Of a stretch of DNA of 64,000 nucleotides, positions 1 to 12,860 are shown one piece after another. Location: the NCBI GenBank assembly GCA_047495785.1, contig JBLDXI010000042.1, forward strand, positions 4,464,001-4,528,000, written 5' to 3'. Under the pieces are notes generated by a model. That model worked only from the letters and a program-made list of their open reading frames with translations. It ran no database searches and was not told the DNA's origin. Positions within the stretch are counted from its first letter, which is position 1. Each line of letters starts with the position of its first letter. The stretch is from Lepidodermella squamata (taxonomy: Eukaryota > Animalia > Gastrotricha). Both the position numbers and the translations under genes were made by a program.

Positions 1-2
1 GG

Positions 3-3000
3 TTGAAGGCTGAAATCGATGAAATTATGTCGAATATGGCGAAATTAGGTGAAAATGCCCAGCAAAACACCGAATTATTGTCAAATGAAAATCAACAGCT
101 CAAGGACCAAGTTTCAAAACTGAGCCAAGATTTGGAACAGAAGCAAGATTATGTTACGAAATTGCAGGAGAAAGTGTTTTCGATGAGTGCTAATGTCCAA
201 GAGCTGAACGCGTCATTCGCCGCGAAAAATGAAGAATTTGACCGTGTTTCGAAAGAATTGGCCGAGAAATCAGGTCTTATCGAATCGCTGCAAGCCTCAT
301 CTGGGGCAAAGGGCGACGAAATTTCATCGCTTCACCAGAAAATCAGCGATTTGAACGGGGAAGTCGATCAGTTGCGAGGTTTGAATGGCCGAATCGAGAA
401 TCTTCGAGCTGAAAATTCGAAAATTTCCGAAGAGCTGGCGCAGAAAAATTCAGAAATTGAAAAATTGGCCGAAATCGAGCGGCAAAAACTGACCGGTCTT
501 GAAGCTGAAAATAATCGACTCCAGGAGGAATTAAATACGCTTCAACACAATCTGTCGGCTAAATCAAGCGATTTCTCCCATCTCGAGGGTCAAATCAACG
601 ATTTGAAGACGAAAAATGCAGAGCTATTGAAGCTACTCGCAGAGAAAAATTCAGAGGTGGAAAATTTACTCGCGGAAATGTCTGAAAAAGCAATGGCTAT
701 TGAGAGCGCCCAAGCCCTTGAAGGGTCAAAAGATGACGAGATCAAGTCGCTAAATGCCAAAATCAGCCAACTGACTGCTGAAGTCGATCGATTAAACCAG
801 ATTACAGGCCAAATTGAGTCGCTAGAAGCTGAAAAGCAGAAATTAGCCCATGATTTGGATGAGCAAAAGCAGAAAATGACCGACTTTACCGGTAAAGCCT
901 CAGAGAAGGTTAAAAAACTAGCTGCCGAGAACAAAAAATTCGAGGAAGAAATCGCTCGCCTGAGCCAAGAATTATCGTCAAAATCTAATTTAGAACAAGA
1001 AATCGCCGATCTCAAAACTCGTCTTGAAACAGCTAGTTCAATCGAGTCGCAGTTCAAAGAAGAAAATGAGACGTTGAAGAAGCAGCTAGAGGAAAAAGCG
1101 GCGAAAATGGAGAAACTGCGCATGGATTTCAAGGCGAAATACGAAAAGGTAATGGCTTCGGTGTCGGGCAAATCTGAAGAACTAGGCTCTCTCACTGCGA
1201 AAATCCAACAGCTATCCGGCGAATTGGAGGCGAAGAGCGACGAGGCGAAACAGCTCGGTGATCAATGCCGCGAATTGTCGGCTAAAAATCAAAATTTAAT
1301 CGCAGAAAAGTCGCAAATCGAACAAGATTTAGCCGGAAAATCGCAAAAATTGACCGAATCTACCCAATCAATCGAGCAGAAATCGGCTGAAATCGATCAG
1401 CTGCAAACCGATTTGGCAAAAACTCGGGCAGAATTGGCTGATCTATTGGCGAAAAATGAGGAATTGACTCGGGAAATTGAGGAAAAATCGCGGTTGGTCA
1501 ACGAGCGGCCGGTTGGCAACCCGGATGCCGATGCGCAGTTGGCGAAATTGCAGCAGGATTTGCATGACAAGAATGAAGTTGTAACGAAATTGAAGCAAAT
1601 CGCGGTGAAACAGAAGAAGGAGCTGATTGAGACGAAGGCGAAAGCGGACGAAGAGCGGACGCGATTGGAGGGAGAACTTGCGAGAAAAGCGAAGGAATTC
1701 ATGGACCTTCATCGCATGCAAGGTTTGCAGTTTTTATTTTCTTCGTTTTTTATCGAGAACACGGCTCTCAAATTTGTAGGCAGTGGAAAATATTTTGAAT
1801 TCTGACTTGGGTTAAATAGTTATTTATTTTTATTTAGTCAAGAGCACAAATTCCAAAGTTGAGAGCTCAGTGAAGAGAAGAGTAAAAATTCGGGAAATCA
1901 TGTCAATTCGGTCCGTTTTGGCATCAGTAACAGTACCCAGCAAAGGATTCTTCCATTATAGTTACTAAAATTACTAAAATACCTAACTGCGAGAAATAAT
2001 TCACCCGGATGACAAATGGATATCGCTTACGATTGTTTGTACAAAGCTTTAGCATTGGGATCAGAGAACAGAAAAGACAAATGATAGTAGAGTCCTGCTA
2101 ACTGAGCAGGAAGTAGATGCCCTCTTCTTCCTGACGTTGAAGTGTTATTAGAAATGTTAAAAATCGGCTGCAATGAAATTACGAGAAAAGTTGTTGTAGT
2201 TCTTGGAAAGTCGTTTCATGTCCGCTGATGGTCACCATTCCCCGGCATTTTCGTCGGAGTCGACAGTGCGGTGGACAACTGAGCATAATAAATTTTGGTT
2301 ACAAAATCAAGATCAGTTGATATTTCTAACTTGTTATGCAAGAGCATTTATAATACAATACAAACCTCTCAACGGTGAAATTTTGGCACTGTAAGAAGGC
2401 TCGTTGTGATGGGAACTAATCATCAGTCGCAAAAGCTATGGCTTGAAGTGTTATTAAAATTAGAAAGGTTACATTCATTTTTCTCAGAAAATGCTGCTTT
2501 GGTTAAAAAACTCCGATAAATTCCGGACGTTTTTCGTGAGCGACCCCATGCCGTTTGTGAGATCATTCGAATTAAAGCCGTTGCATGGATGAAGAAAATC
2601 GACGCTGAAATATTTTTGTGGGGGGAGAGCAAGTCATGTGTTGGTGGTGGTCGGGGGAAAAAGAATTAAAAACGAAGCCGAAAATTTCGACTTGTCGAAT
2701 AACTGCTTGCGGCCGAAATTATTGACATTGGAACTTCGATAGGGCTATCCTGCCGCTAGTAATAGATATGTAACGAGTCGACCGATTCCAACCGGAGCCT
2801 CGAAGAAAGGTCTCCTCTGATTATCAAATTGCAATGATGAGTATGCAATGATGGAGTAACAAAGAGCATTGGAATATAATAGAAAAATGAAATGAGACAT
2901 TCTCGAAATTCTGTCATTTTAGAAAACATTAGCTTTTGCGGAACCTTCAATCAATGTTTTAATTCTAATACCTAAAATGTCAAAATATTTTCTCATTTTT

Positions 3001-6000
3001 TTTAGAATCCGAGCTGAACGAGCTGAAGAAAGAATTCACCGCCAAGTGCAGTGATGCGTCCAAGCTGGAAGAAAAGGTGCAAGCCATGCAAATGCTGCAG
3101 ATAAAATTCGACCAGATGACTGTGCAAAAAGCTGAGTTCGAGGAGAAAATCCGCGATTTGATGGCAGAACGCGCCCGTTTGACGTCGAAAGTCGCCGAAC
3201 TTGAGTCGCGCCTCGCTGAAAATGAACGCGCGTTGAAAGAATCTAACATTCTGTCACTCGAAGTTGGCGATATGACTAAAAAATTGTCGAATTTACGCGA
3301 TCAAATAACGGCGCAAAAGTCGGAAATCGAATCGCTGAATGAGCAGAACAACAAATTGAGTGACCAATTGCATGACAAAGAAATCGAAGCGAGTAACGTG
3401 ACAAGTCGGCTGAATTCTGCGGAAGAGCGGGAAAATCGATTGACTGAGCTGGTGAAACGGTTGAATGAAGAAATCGATGATTTGAAGTCAGGTCTAACCG
3501 GTGGTAATAAGGAGATTTCAGACCTGAAAGCTCAAGTCGAGGCGAAACAGGGCGATATCGAACGGCTGCGGGTTGAATTGTCGCGGGCTATTGCCGATAA
3601 GATGGATGCGGAACAACGCGCTCGGGTTATGAAAAATGAGGTTGATACTCGGCTCGCTGATCTGAAGGCTCAGGTTGAAAATGCGAAGAAAGAGGCGATT
3701 TCTATGAAGGAAACGAACGGCGAGCTTAAGCGGGAATTCGATGCGTACAAAGCAAGGGCTTTGACTGTTTTGAAGCAGCAGAAGGAGCAGGATTCTTACG
3801 GCGGGTCGCAGTTGAAGGAACGGGTGTCTGAACTTGAGTCGGCTCTAGCGGATTCGAACACGCGGTTGGCTGAGATTACGGCTATGCTCGAAAGTGCTAA
3901 GGTGAGCTGTTATTTCCTAAAATGATATATGAATATTGATCAATGTGATCTGTTCTGTAAAATGAATATTAGAGTAGCTCGAGTATAATTTAAAAATTTC
4001 AATGTCAATTTTTAACTGGTTAAATTTGCTCACATTTTCGTAATTTGCGCCGTTGAAATTTTGAAAATTGAAAACGAAAAAGTTGGTCTTTTGTAGCCAT
4101 AATTCCATCGGCAATAATAGGGTCTAAATAATTGCACCGGTACAATTGAGCTTCCAAAACTGGATTTCAGCATTGTAGCGGTTTCGACTTTATTCTTTCG
4201 TGGTCGATGTTGATGCCTTATAACCTGAGGTGCATCGAATTAGAAATTAACGGTAACAGGCCTCGATAGCGGAAACTGATCTCGCATCAACGAACTCTTT
4301 GATTTCATCGCTAACGTTGCATTCATCGAGGGCGACTAATTGAAGATCGGTACCTTTGAAAATGGATGACAGCTGATTTTAAGGAGTGGATATTCGTACT
4401 AAGACAGGTTTCCCATATCGCATAATAGTAAATTTTGTTGTGATAAGAATATGAAGCAACAACACCTCTACTCCGCTTTTATTCACCCAGTTTCACAAAA
4501 TTATCATGGTTTGATGATTTAAATAGTTATCTTTTCTGCTTTTACGGCCTTCCTCTCTCATCCCCGGGAAAGGCATTAACTCGCCAGCTTCTAAGCAAGA
4601 GATGAGATGTGGTCTCATCTTGCATTCGTCGAACACCTTGTCTTTATGGCTTTCTCAGAGCCATATAAATGAATTGAACAAGGCGAATGAAATCGCTATC
4701 GCTGTCCAACTTCACGCAATCAACATTTTGCAAGCTTGCAGATATTTGGATCGCAATTTCTTCGGCAATGCCCAAGTCGCGGCGGACAGCAGCGACAAGA
4801 CCAGTTAGCATCATGGTATCTAGCAGTTCAAAAAGCAGAGTCGGGGCCACACCAAATTTGTCGAATCCCATGTACGCAGTTATAGAAATAAGACAGTAGC
4901 GGTCACTTTTTCACCTGGTGCTATGTTATGGTCCAAAATTGAAACCACGGTGATTAATATCGTTTATTTCACTGACGTTTCGAGTATCATTGCCAATCGA
5001 GTGTGTATAGGAACGCGAGAGTATTAGCAATACAAGTATTCAATGAAGCAGAGCTACGGCCAATGTAAATATAATTTTCGAGATAGCCTTCGATTGCCTT
5101 GACAAGTGAATGCGCATCTACCAGGCGATCAAAATGATATGATCGAATAAATGTATCACCGGACTTGCGAATAGTCTCGTCGAAGTAAACATCGACATCA
5201 GCCGAACCTCCGTCGACGGGTTGCGCTCGGTATGCAGGTGGCTGCGCCGAAACAATAACAGTGGTCACCGAGCGATAGAGACGCCGAGCTTCTTTGAAGG
5301 GCTTAGTCAAGCAAATCAACATCGCAGTGTGTTGTGCCATAACGGCGCAAAACCGCCCAAGTCACAGCTTTTCGCAGATTCGGCGGGCTTTTAGGCACGG
5401 AACTTCTCACGGAATACCGTTTGAACGTTGTTAAGAGGAAGTAAGCCCAGAGTCATGGACTTGCGAACGGCATTTTACGCATCAAGGAGCTAGGCTCAGT
5501 GTATTCGTTCCAAAGGCCGATCTTCAATACGTGCTCAGAACGGCCTGGCAAAAGTGAAATAAGCAGCCCAGAATAGTTACGAAAAACACAGCCCGGTTAC
5601 TACTGAGAAGAGCTAACTCGAAGTAACAAGTCACATGAGTGACAACAATAAGACGTTTCGAAAAAAATTCAGATAAATTTCAGCTATTACCGCCGTCACA
5701 GAATTAAGCGCTATGAATTTACCGTTGCTCTCAATTGCCTGAGGAAAAAAGTGATATTTAAACCGAATAGATACAAAATTAATGGATGTCAGTGAATGAC
5801 TGAAATATTTAACGAAATATTTTATTGTTCTCCTTTGTTTTTTAGCTCGAAAATCGTATGAACAAAGCCGAGTTGGAACGAGCTCAGTCGGGCAATGCAG
5901 CTCTCGAGGCCGAATTACGCGCCAAGATCTCAGCAATCGAAAGCGACTTGTCAATCGCGAGGCAACAACGCGACGAAGCAGTTCGCGATTCTTCTTCAAA

Positions 6001-8075
6001 ATCGCAACAAATGGCCACCGATTTCCGGCGAGAGCTCAGCTCACTATCAGACCGCCATGATAACGTCGTAAAATCGCTTAGTGACCAGCTAGGAGCTGCT
6101 GAACGTCGAATTTCTGAGTTGACGTCAATGCTGGTCGATAGTCGGCGCGAGTCGTTTTCTGCCTCGGTCGACGAGGCGAATCAGAATTTCGTCTCGATTT
6201 CGGCGAGGGGGTCTAGCAATGAGCTGCACACGCCGACCCAGGGCGGGTCACCTGTCCCCGCGTCTCCGGTACCCTCGAACCACAAACCAGTCACGCCTCA
6301 AGTTCCGCTGGAGTCGTTGCTGAACTTCAATTTCGCCCATTCGACTCAGTCTTTTGGTGCTTTATCGCCGATTTCGCCTCACACGGCCCCGGTTTTAGGC
6401 AATGCGGCGTCTGTTGTGAGGACGAATTCGACGGCGAGTTCGAGCCACGCGCCGCACCTCGAGGAGCATTTGCGAGATTTGCTGGCCGAATCTGAGGCGA
6501 ATGTGAGTCGATTGACGGAGCAGACCCGCGTTCTTAAGGACGAAATTCGCCGGTTAGAGCGCAATCAAGCGCGATCGGAACGCATTAGCAATCTCGAATA
6601 TTTGAAGCATATTGTTGTCAAGGTAAGCAAAGTTCTTTGATAAAAGTATTTTTGATTTCCTGGAAATTTTACTGCATTTTTCAATTTTTCCGAAAAATCA
6701 TCGAAATATAAAAAAACTTGGACAAGACAAAAATATTTATTTTGACAAAATTTCATGATATACAAATGCCAAGACTTTATCTAAGACAGAATGGGATTGC
6801 TCCATGCTTAGTTGAAAATTGAAGCGGGATTCGGATTCAAATTTTGAAAATGACGTGAGATTCATTTGATTTTTCGCATGATCCGTTGGTACAGCGGAAT
6901 TTAGCCGGGCAATTTTCGTCATCGCTACAGGGTAGGCCATCATAGTTGTTCGGGTCGGTTTTTGTGTAGCACTGCTCACCTATGCACATTGAACCCGACC
7001 ATAGACAGTCTTCGTCGCTTAAACACTCGGCGTTTTTGATGGCGAAAACTGGCCGGCGGCTGTAGCAAGTACGGCGGATGCATTTGTCGGCCGAAAAGCA
7101 GTCAAGGTCGAACGAGCAGTCACCGTAGCTGATAAAATCAGAAAAATCTTAGAATCATCCAGCCATTGAATTTTAAAAGAAAATTGGAGAAAAATTCCGA
7201 AAATTTTGTATAACTTTGCTACAACTGGGCTCAATTTCGGGAAGATTCGATGTCTAATTTTGTTATTTTGAAATCCCGAATGATCTCAGAAATTTTTATA
7301 AATTTGAACCTGTGAACCGGACCGTGAGTGTGGCATCGATCATCTCGGCAACTGTCGCCTTGCATGCAGTTGCTAGCGGTTAAACATCGGGCGTAATCGG
7401 TCCCGCTTCTCTTATAGCGCTGACCAATCGTTTTGTGGACCGATCGGAAACTGCCCGAGGCTGCCATTAATAGGCTACTTACGATAATAAATGTTGGCCA
7501 AAGCATTGTACAGAAATTTCAAAATAGACGAAATTTGTAGATTTGGCTCTTATTTCCGATCGGGCTGAGTGTATATCACCCTCAGGCATTTTATTTGAAT
7601 TTAAAATGCGTGTCCTTGATTGAGTCATCCCGCGCTGTTTTTTAAATTTCAGAAAATGATACCAACACCCACTCGTGAGTAAAATTATTCTAATTCCTAT
7701 CATTTGAGTCATTCATCGAAAAAAATGGCGAATTCGCCTGTGGGAAATGATCAATGGAAATTGGATGATCTTAAAAAATCCAGTTTTTTGGGACTTTCAT
7801 TGAGACATTTCCTCGAATTTTTGTTCTACGATTTTATGTTTATTTTAATTTTTCAGTTTTTAACGCTCAAAACGGCGAATGAACGCGTACAGCTGATGCC
7901 TGTGCTCAACACAATTCTGCAACTGAGTGCTGACGAGAGCGCGCAATTGATGCAAATCGCACAACAGGGCCCGAACCCGGCCGCGGGAGCTAATAACGCA
8001 AATTCGCCCGGCTCAGGCGGGTCATCGAGTGGGGGCCTTGTCAGTTATCTACACCGCTGGTCTGGCATGACATAA
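3..8075 (+). CDS. GCC2: GRIP and coiled-coil domain golgin (GCC185/GCC2), 5'-partial; exons <3-1722, 3006-3901, 5846-6622, 7857-8075
   Basis: Long coiled-coil ORFs join in phase at GT-AG sites. The spliced C-terminus NLEYLKHIVVK|FLTLKTANERVQLMPVLNTILQLSADE...SYLHRWSG matches the GCC2-type GRIP domain and tail. Confidence 0.9.
2756..2850 (-). mobile_element. Possible hAT transposase C-terminal (dimerisation domain) remnant in GCC2 intron 1
   Basis: NLIIRGDLSSRLRLESVDSL loosely resembles the end of the hATC domain (LIKTxxRxRLxxExLDxL). The match is short. Confidence 0.25.
4250..4375 (-). mobile_element. Helitron RepHel coding remnant in GCC2 intron 2
   Basis: Minus-strand translation IFKGTDLQLVALDECNVSDEIKEFVDARSVSAIEACYR* matches the Helitron motif Y-x-x-KG-x-D...DEI-x-x-Y-x-x-x-R-Y-V-S-x-x-EA-x-WR. 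Confidence 0.75.
4644..5340 (-). pseudogene. Decayed intronless orphan ORF fragments in GCC2 intron 2
   Basis: Two minus-strand ORFs (117 and 75 aa) with coding-like, balanced composition inside an AT-rich intron; no family recognised. Confidence 0.3.
6837..7506 (-). CDS. Secreted cysteine-rich protein (162 aa, four 4-Cys modules) nested antisense in GCC2 intron 3; exons 7506-7310 and 7128-6837
   Basis: A phase-2 GT-AG intron (7309-7129) gives an open 162-aa frame with a hydrophobic signal peptide, an RYKR cleavage site and four C-x5-C-x5/6-C-x4-C modules. Confidence 0.85.
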
Positions 8076-8520
8076 TTTACCTGGAAAAATCTGAAAACGA
8101 GTTGTGAGGAAAAATAATTGTATTTCTTGTTGTGTCGATATTTCCGCGCCTCTTGATGTGTGTCATTTTTTGCCGATTTCTCTGGCTGCTATTTTTGTGA
8201 GAAAAAACCGTGACTATTACACAATATATGGTATCATCATTATATTATGGGGAATTCACTAAATTATTTCAAAAATTAATTGCTGAGTGATTTGTAAATG
8301 GAAGAATATTAATATGCAAAACGTAACATTTTTCGGAGGATTTTTCATTGCAAAAAAGTGATAATACTACTGACCTTGGAAGCATGTGTAATGAATGACT
8401 GCGCAAATTCTTCATAATTATTATAAAAAATGATACGCCTTTTTCTCGTTTTGTTTGGTAAAAAAGGAACACGGAATAAAAAATGTGAAAATTTAAATTT
8501 CAACTTTTTCAATATCTAGG

Positions 8521-11296
8521 ATGGAAAATAATGAAAAATTTGCCGATAAACAGTATTGGGACGCGCGTTTTGATGCCGAAGCTGACTACGAGTGGTTCGG
8601 CATGGGTTTCGATGACTTACTGCCATTTTTAAGAAAAAACCTCGACGAATCTCTATTCCCGAGAAAAAATGAAATTAAAAGCGTGTTGCAACTCGGAACT
8701 GGGAATAGCCAATTGCCTATTGAAATGGCCGCGACTGGCCAATATTTCGTAACTGGGCTTGATTTTTCCGAAGTTGCCCTTCAAAATATGAAAAGAAGAA
8801 GCGTGAAGCAAGACGGCGGTCTCGAGTGGCTGGTCACAGATCTGAGAGCGATGCCGTTACGGTCGAATAGTTTCGACATGGTGTTGGAAAAAGGCACGCT
8901 TGATGTGTTTTTCGTCGGCGAGAAAGACCCGTGGAATGTTACGGAGGCAACCCGTCAAACTGTTGATTCTATACTGGAAAAGGTTAGATTTTGACGTTTT
9001 TCTTTTTCCTCATGTATTCCGCTGTTATTCTAACTTTTAGTTATGAAATTTGCCTGTTATAGAACCAAAATACCATATTTTTCTTGAAGTCAATAAAAAC
9101 AGTCTGAAATAAGGAAATATTGAAGATAGCGCTAATTAGTGGACATCAAGAAGAATTATAAGAACACTTGGTGATTTTGAAAGCGTTATGAAATTCGAAA
9201 AACTCGCGTGAAAGCAACGAATTGAAAAAATTCGACTTTTGGCCTAACGATAACAAATAAGGATGATGTCATAGGTATAGAACTATGCCATATTTGTAGA
9301 AACAATTTCCCAATCAAATGTAGTTACGCTCATCAGACAAAGCGGGTAGGCAGCCGACACAGACACACTTAAGTTTACAGAAGCGATTTCCATAACGTTG
9401 GGCAAGCATGGTGTTTTTTTGCACTTGCAAGACGTCTGCACCTCAGGCGAACATAGGGTGCTGCTCGACGAAGAAGAAGAAGACCTCCCCTATGACAGCT
9501 CCCCTATGACAGCTGCTGGCGTGGTGGCTGGAAGAAATTCGAAAGGGTACCCCGCCAGGTTCCCCATACCGCTCCATAGCTCCATAACTTCCTAGATAAC
9601 TTGCTCGGACAAAATGGCTTGATTAATTCGGTGATCAAAATCGGAATGCAGTACCTCGCAGCACAGAGGGCTTGTGTGGCCGCGGTTACAAGTAGGCGAA
9701 TGCGCTCAATGGCAGGAGATTCTTCGATTGCCGAGACCTCAGTGTTCATTTCCGCCATATATTTGGAAGTAATAAGTAACGAAAGCTGACGATAGGTGTG
9801 CCAGAATCGGCAAGTGGTTTTAGCCTCAGTACGTCTTGAGCGAGTAAAGTGTCGGGTAGCTCTGTCACGTGCGGCGAGAAGGAAATCCAGGCGATATTGT
9901 TGGTCTCTAAATCAAATTGTTGAAAAGTATTGAGGAAAATGTAACTTACAATATCAGTATCAAAGGCGACGACAGTACCGACGATGTCGCCGGTCAGCGT
10001 AGTCGTGGCGGAAGAAGGTGAGTGCACTATCGGTTGATAAACCAGTACCGAGGGGCCAACGAATGTTGATTTTGCGTCGTATGAAACGACAGAATGCGCT
10101 GGTCCCTTTTCGTCTTGAACTTCAAAATTCCACGAGCGGAATTTTGTGCCAGCAGTAAATGTTGCCATAGCCGCAGCCAACTCGGCACCGACAAGCACGT
10201 AACGTACTTCGTGAAATCCGTCGGTAGCCGTACCATGGCGGTACGGATTTCCCAAGCGACCGACGCTACGTCAAAAGATGAGTTGATCTAGGTTAGGTAA
10301 AACTTACTGAGCAGTGGTGGTGATGGCGACCAGCGAGCTGGTCGATCCTCCTGCTTGTCGCTGTAAGGTTGCGAACGAATGTACGTTTGAAAGCGTAGTT
10401 TGAGCTACGACATCAAAGTTCCATCTGATTGAACGCATGGAACTGAATGGGCTTGTTCGTACTGAAGTACTGGGTTGGTTTGAGCTATCTATTTCAAAGA
10501 ACGATTGAATGTTAGGGCATGCAACTTGATGCCACAATCCTTGAAGCCTTTCACAGTCATTTGCATTCCTGATCACATTATACATTTTGGAGTCGTCTGT
10601 TTGACGCCGTAACTGCATCTTTGAAAATGATAGCTGTGATGCGCCTAATACGATACTCCGACCACCAAGGATTTTCGAAATGGCCAGTCTGATATTACAG
10701 TTGTAGTAGGCGTAATCGCTAGCTTGAGAGCGTCGACCGTAGCTGACGGTGTTGCGCGCAATATTTCGGGAATTTTAGCTATTATGATATTATGACGCAT
10801 TCGATAATCGAGATTCCGTAATAAAAAAAAAACTTTGACTGTTAGCCCGCGATCTATCTGAGACAAAATCGATGTTAATGGACAAAGCAATTTTAACACC
10901 TCCAGTCGCTTTTGCTGTCTTGTTTTCCTGGTAATTGTGACTTCTGTGATCTTCCATTTTTAGGTCTGGGAAATGCTGCCAATCGATGGATTGTTTCTGT
11001 CAATAACCTTTGCTCAGCCGCATTTCCGGCTCCCATTCTTCCTGAGACCGAACCTGGCGTGGCGCGTCGATTGGTTCCCGGTTCGTGGCCACGACAGTGA
11101 ATTCGACTACTTCGCTTATTCGGCTATAAAATGCGCCAGTTCGCTCGAAGCTGCGCGGCACAATGACAAACACGCTTCAGTGGTTTCACGCCTACTCAAC
11201 AGAGCGTCGCGGCAAAACGGCGCCGAAACGATGCGGTTGCAGCCGGACGATTCGACGTATCTCGGCCATATTGAAAGCGATTCGTTATTTGCTTGA
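8521..11296 (+). CDS. EEF1AKMT4: EEF1A lysine methyltransferase 4-like; exons 8521-8982 and 10964-11296
   Basis: Motifs YWDARF, YEWF, LQLGTGNS (motif I), DLR, FDMVLEKGTLD..DPW and, after a phase-0 intron, GLFLSITFAQPHFR. Confidence 0.85.
9400..10780 (-). pseudogene. Long decayed intronless orphan ORF nested antisense in the EEF1AKMT4 intron
   Basis: ORFs 10304-10618 and 9746-10255 are in the same frame, separated by two stop codons. The frame is open upstream to about 10778 and continues after a frameshift into 9504-9758. Confidence 0.5.
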
Positions 11297-12539
11297 AACT
11301 GCGGTTGAAATTCGATTCGAAAGGTGATTTTTTGAAATTCCTGTTATAGTAAACTTTTCTCAAGCTTTTCAACAATTTCGATTTGAACACACATTCAAAC
11401 CCACAAGAAGCTATGTGATCTTTGGAGGCTAAGAGCAGCGCCAAGACGTGAAAACATGCATAAAACACTACGACGGTTCGGAAAGCTAAGAACAGCCTTT
11501 CCACTTGCAAACATTAAGGCGATGCTTAGTAGGATACAAGGAACAAAAGTATTGACTTACCTAGAGATGGGAACAAGACGCAATGAACCCATCCCTAGGC
11601 AAGGTGAGACGCCTCTTTCTCGCATGGCATTTTCATTTGTTTTCACATATATTTCATATTCTACACTCCCACTTGTTGCATATTAACACTTGACTGCAAC
11701 ACGTCACCGAATGAGAAACGTAAGACAAACTACATACGCGCTGAGAAAGAATCAGCGAAAAAGAGCTGCATATATCAGCAGCTTGTGAAATCAGTCTATG
11801 GCAGTCAAATCATGCCAAGCTTTTCGATTGATTGACGAAATTTCTCAATATCATCTTTTCCCGAAATGCCTCACAAATGTCATCGCACATTACGCTACTA
11901 CACGATGGCGCTAGCAATTGTTTTCGGCAAAGATTGTCAAACCGCGGTTTGTAAGAGGAATTTAACTCGCAGCGCACTAGCTGCCACTAGACGATTCCAA
12001 ATATCGTCAAACGGGAAGTATGGCCAGCTGTTAACGGTAGGATTGTTAACTTAAAGCTTCGGGTATGGCAGCCGACGGTTCGGGTCATTCGGGAAGGCTC
12101 CAGGTAGGGCGCTAATTTTCTAAAGGTTCGCCACCAATCTGTCGAACGTCGCATCGTTTGCACGGCCAGCCGGTTTGTGGTATCCATTGGAGAATACCCG
12201 TTGGAGTTTATAGTAATATAATGTTTCAGAAGATGTTTGAACAGCAGGTTTAGTAACAGATAAAACATAGATATATGTCGTACCGTTATGAGCAATCCGC
12301 CCCAATTGGCAATTGGGTTACCCTAAGGAACAATTGCTCTAAAAACCTACTTGATAATCAATTTAATAATTTGGCCAATAATTATTAGCTAAAACGTTAC
12401 ATCAAAGGGCAATAATCTCGGATTACACCATTATTGACTATTGACTCTTTATTAAATTTCTTGACTGTAATGCAGCTTTTTGTTCGTCACAAGTCGCAAG
12501 ATAACGTCCGCTGGTCTCAGAGTTCTCAAATTTTGTTGA

Positions 12540-12860
12540 AACATAAATTGTTCGTAGTCAAAGCAACTTTCTTCTCTGGTATTTCGAACTCCGCAATGTG
12601 TTCGAAGCCGCACCACAATAGATGAAAAGTTCGTGCAGGCCAAAAATAGCATCAATGATACCTGCATGTGTACCCAAAGTGGCTTGGTCCTTTTTGATAG
12701 AAACGACTTCCGCCAAGCAGTATTTTGGATCATTGCCGGTTCGATCCACCTTTGAGATCACAACGGAATCACAACGAAGTCGCCAACTTTGGGATCGGCT
12801 TTCATTCGAACCTTCGCTTCCCATATTTCTCTCTCAGACATCCGATTCTTCAAATAATTC
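12540..12860 (-). mobile_element. Ginger2/KRBA2-like integrase-transposase C-terminal remnant, frameshifted
   Basis: KVGDFVVIP(frameshift)ISKVDRTGNDPKYCLAEVVSIKKDQATLGTHAGII resembles the VGD-x-V-x-x-P...VDR-x-x-x-D...LGT-x-x-G motif of KRBA2/SCAND3-like elements. Confidence 0.6.

Noticed and set aside
590-1721. Antisense ORFs over GCC2 exon 1
   Set aside because: Shadow ORFs of coiled-coil codon bias (Ser/Phe-rich).
10288-10307. Apparent 20-nt micro-intron GTAAG...CTAACCTAG on the minus strand
   Set aside because: Removing it gives an immediate stop; the flanking ORFs are already in the same frame.
12452-12733. ESCFDYEQF resembles the totivirus RdRp motif A (CFDYDDF)
   Set aside because: No motif B or GDD follows, and the overlapping frame is better explained as a Ginger2/KRBA2-like remnant.
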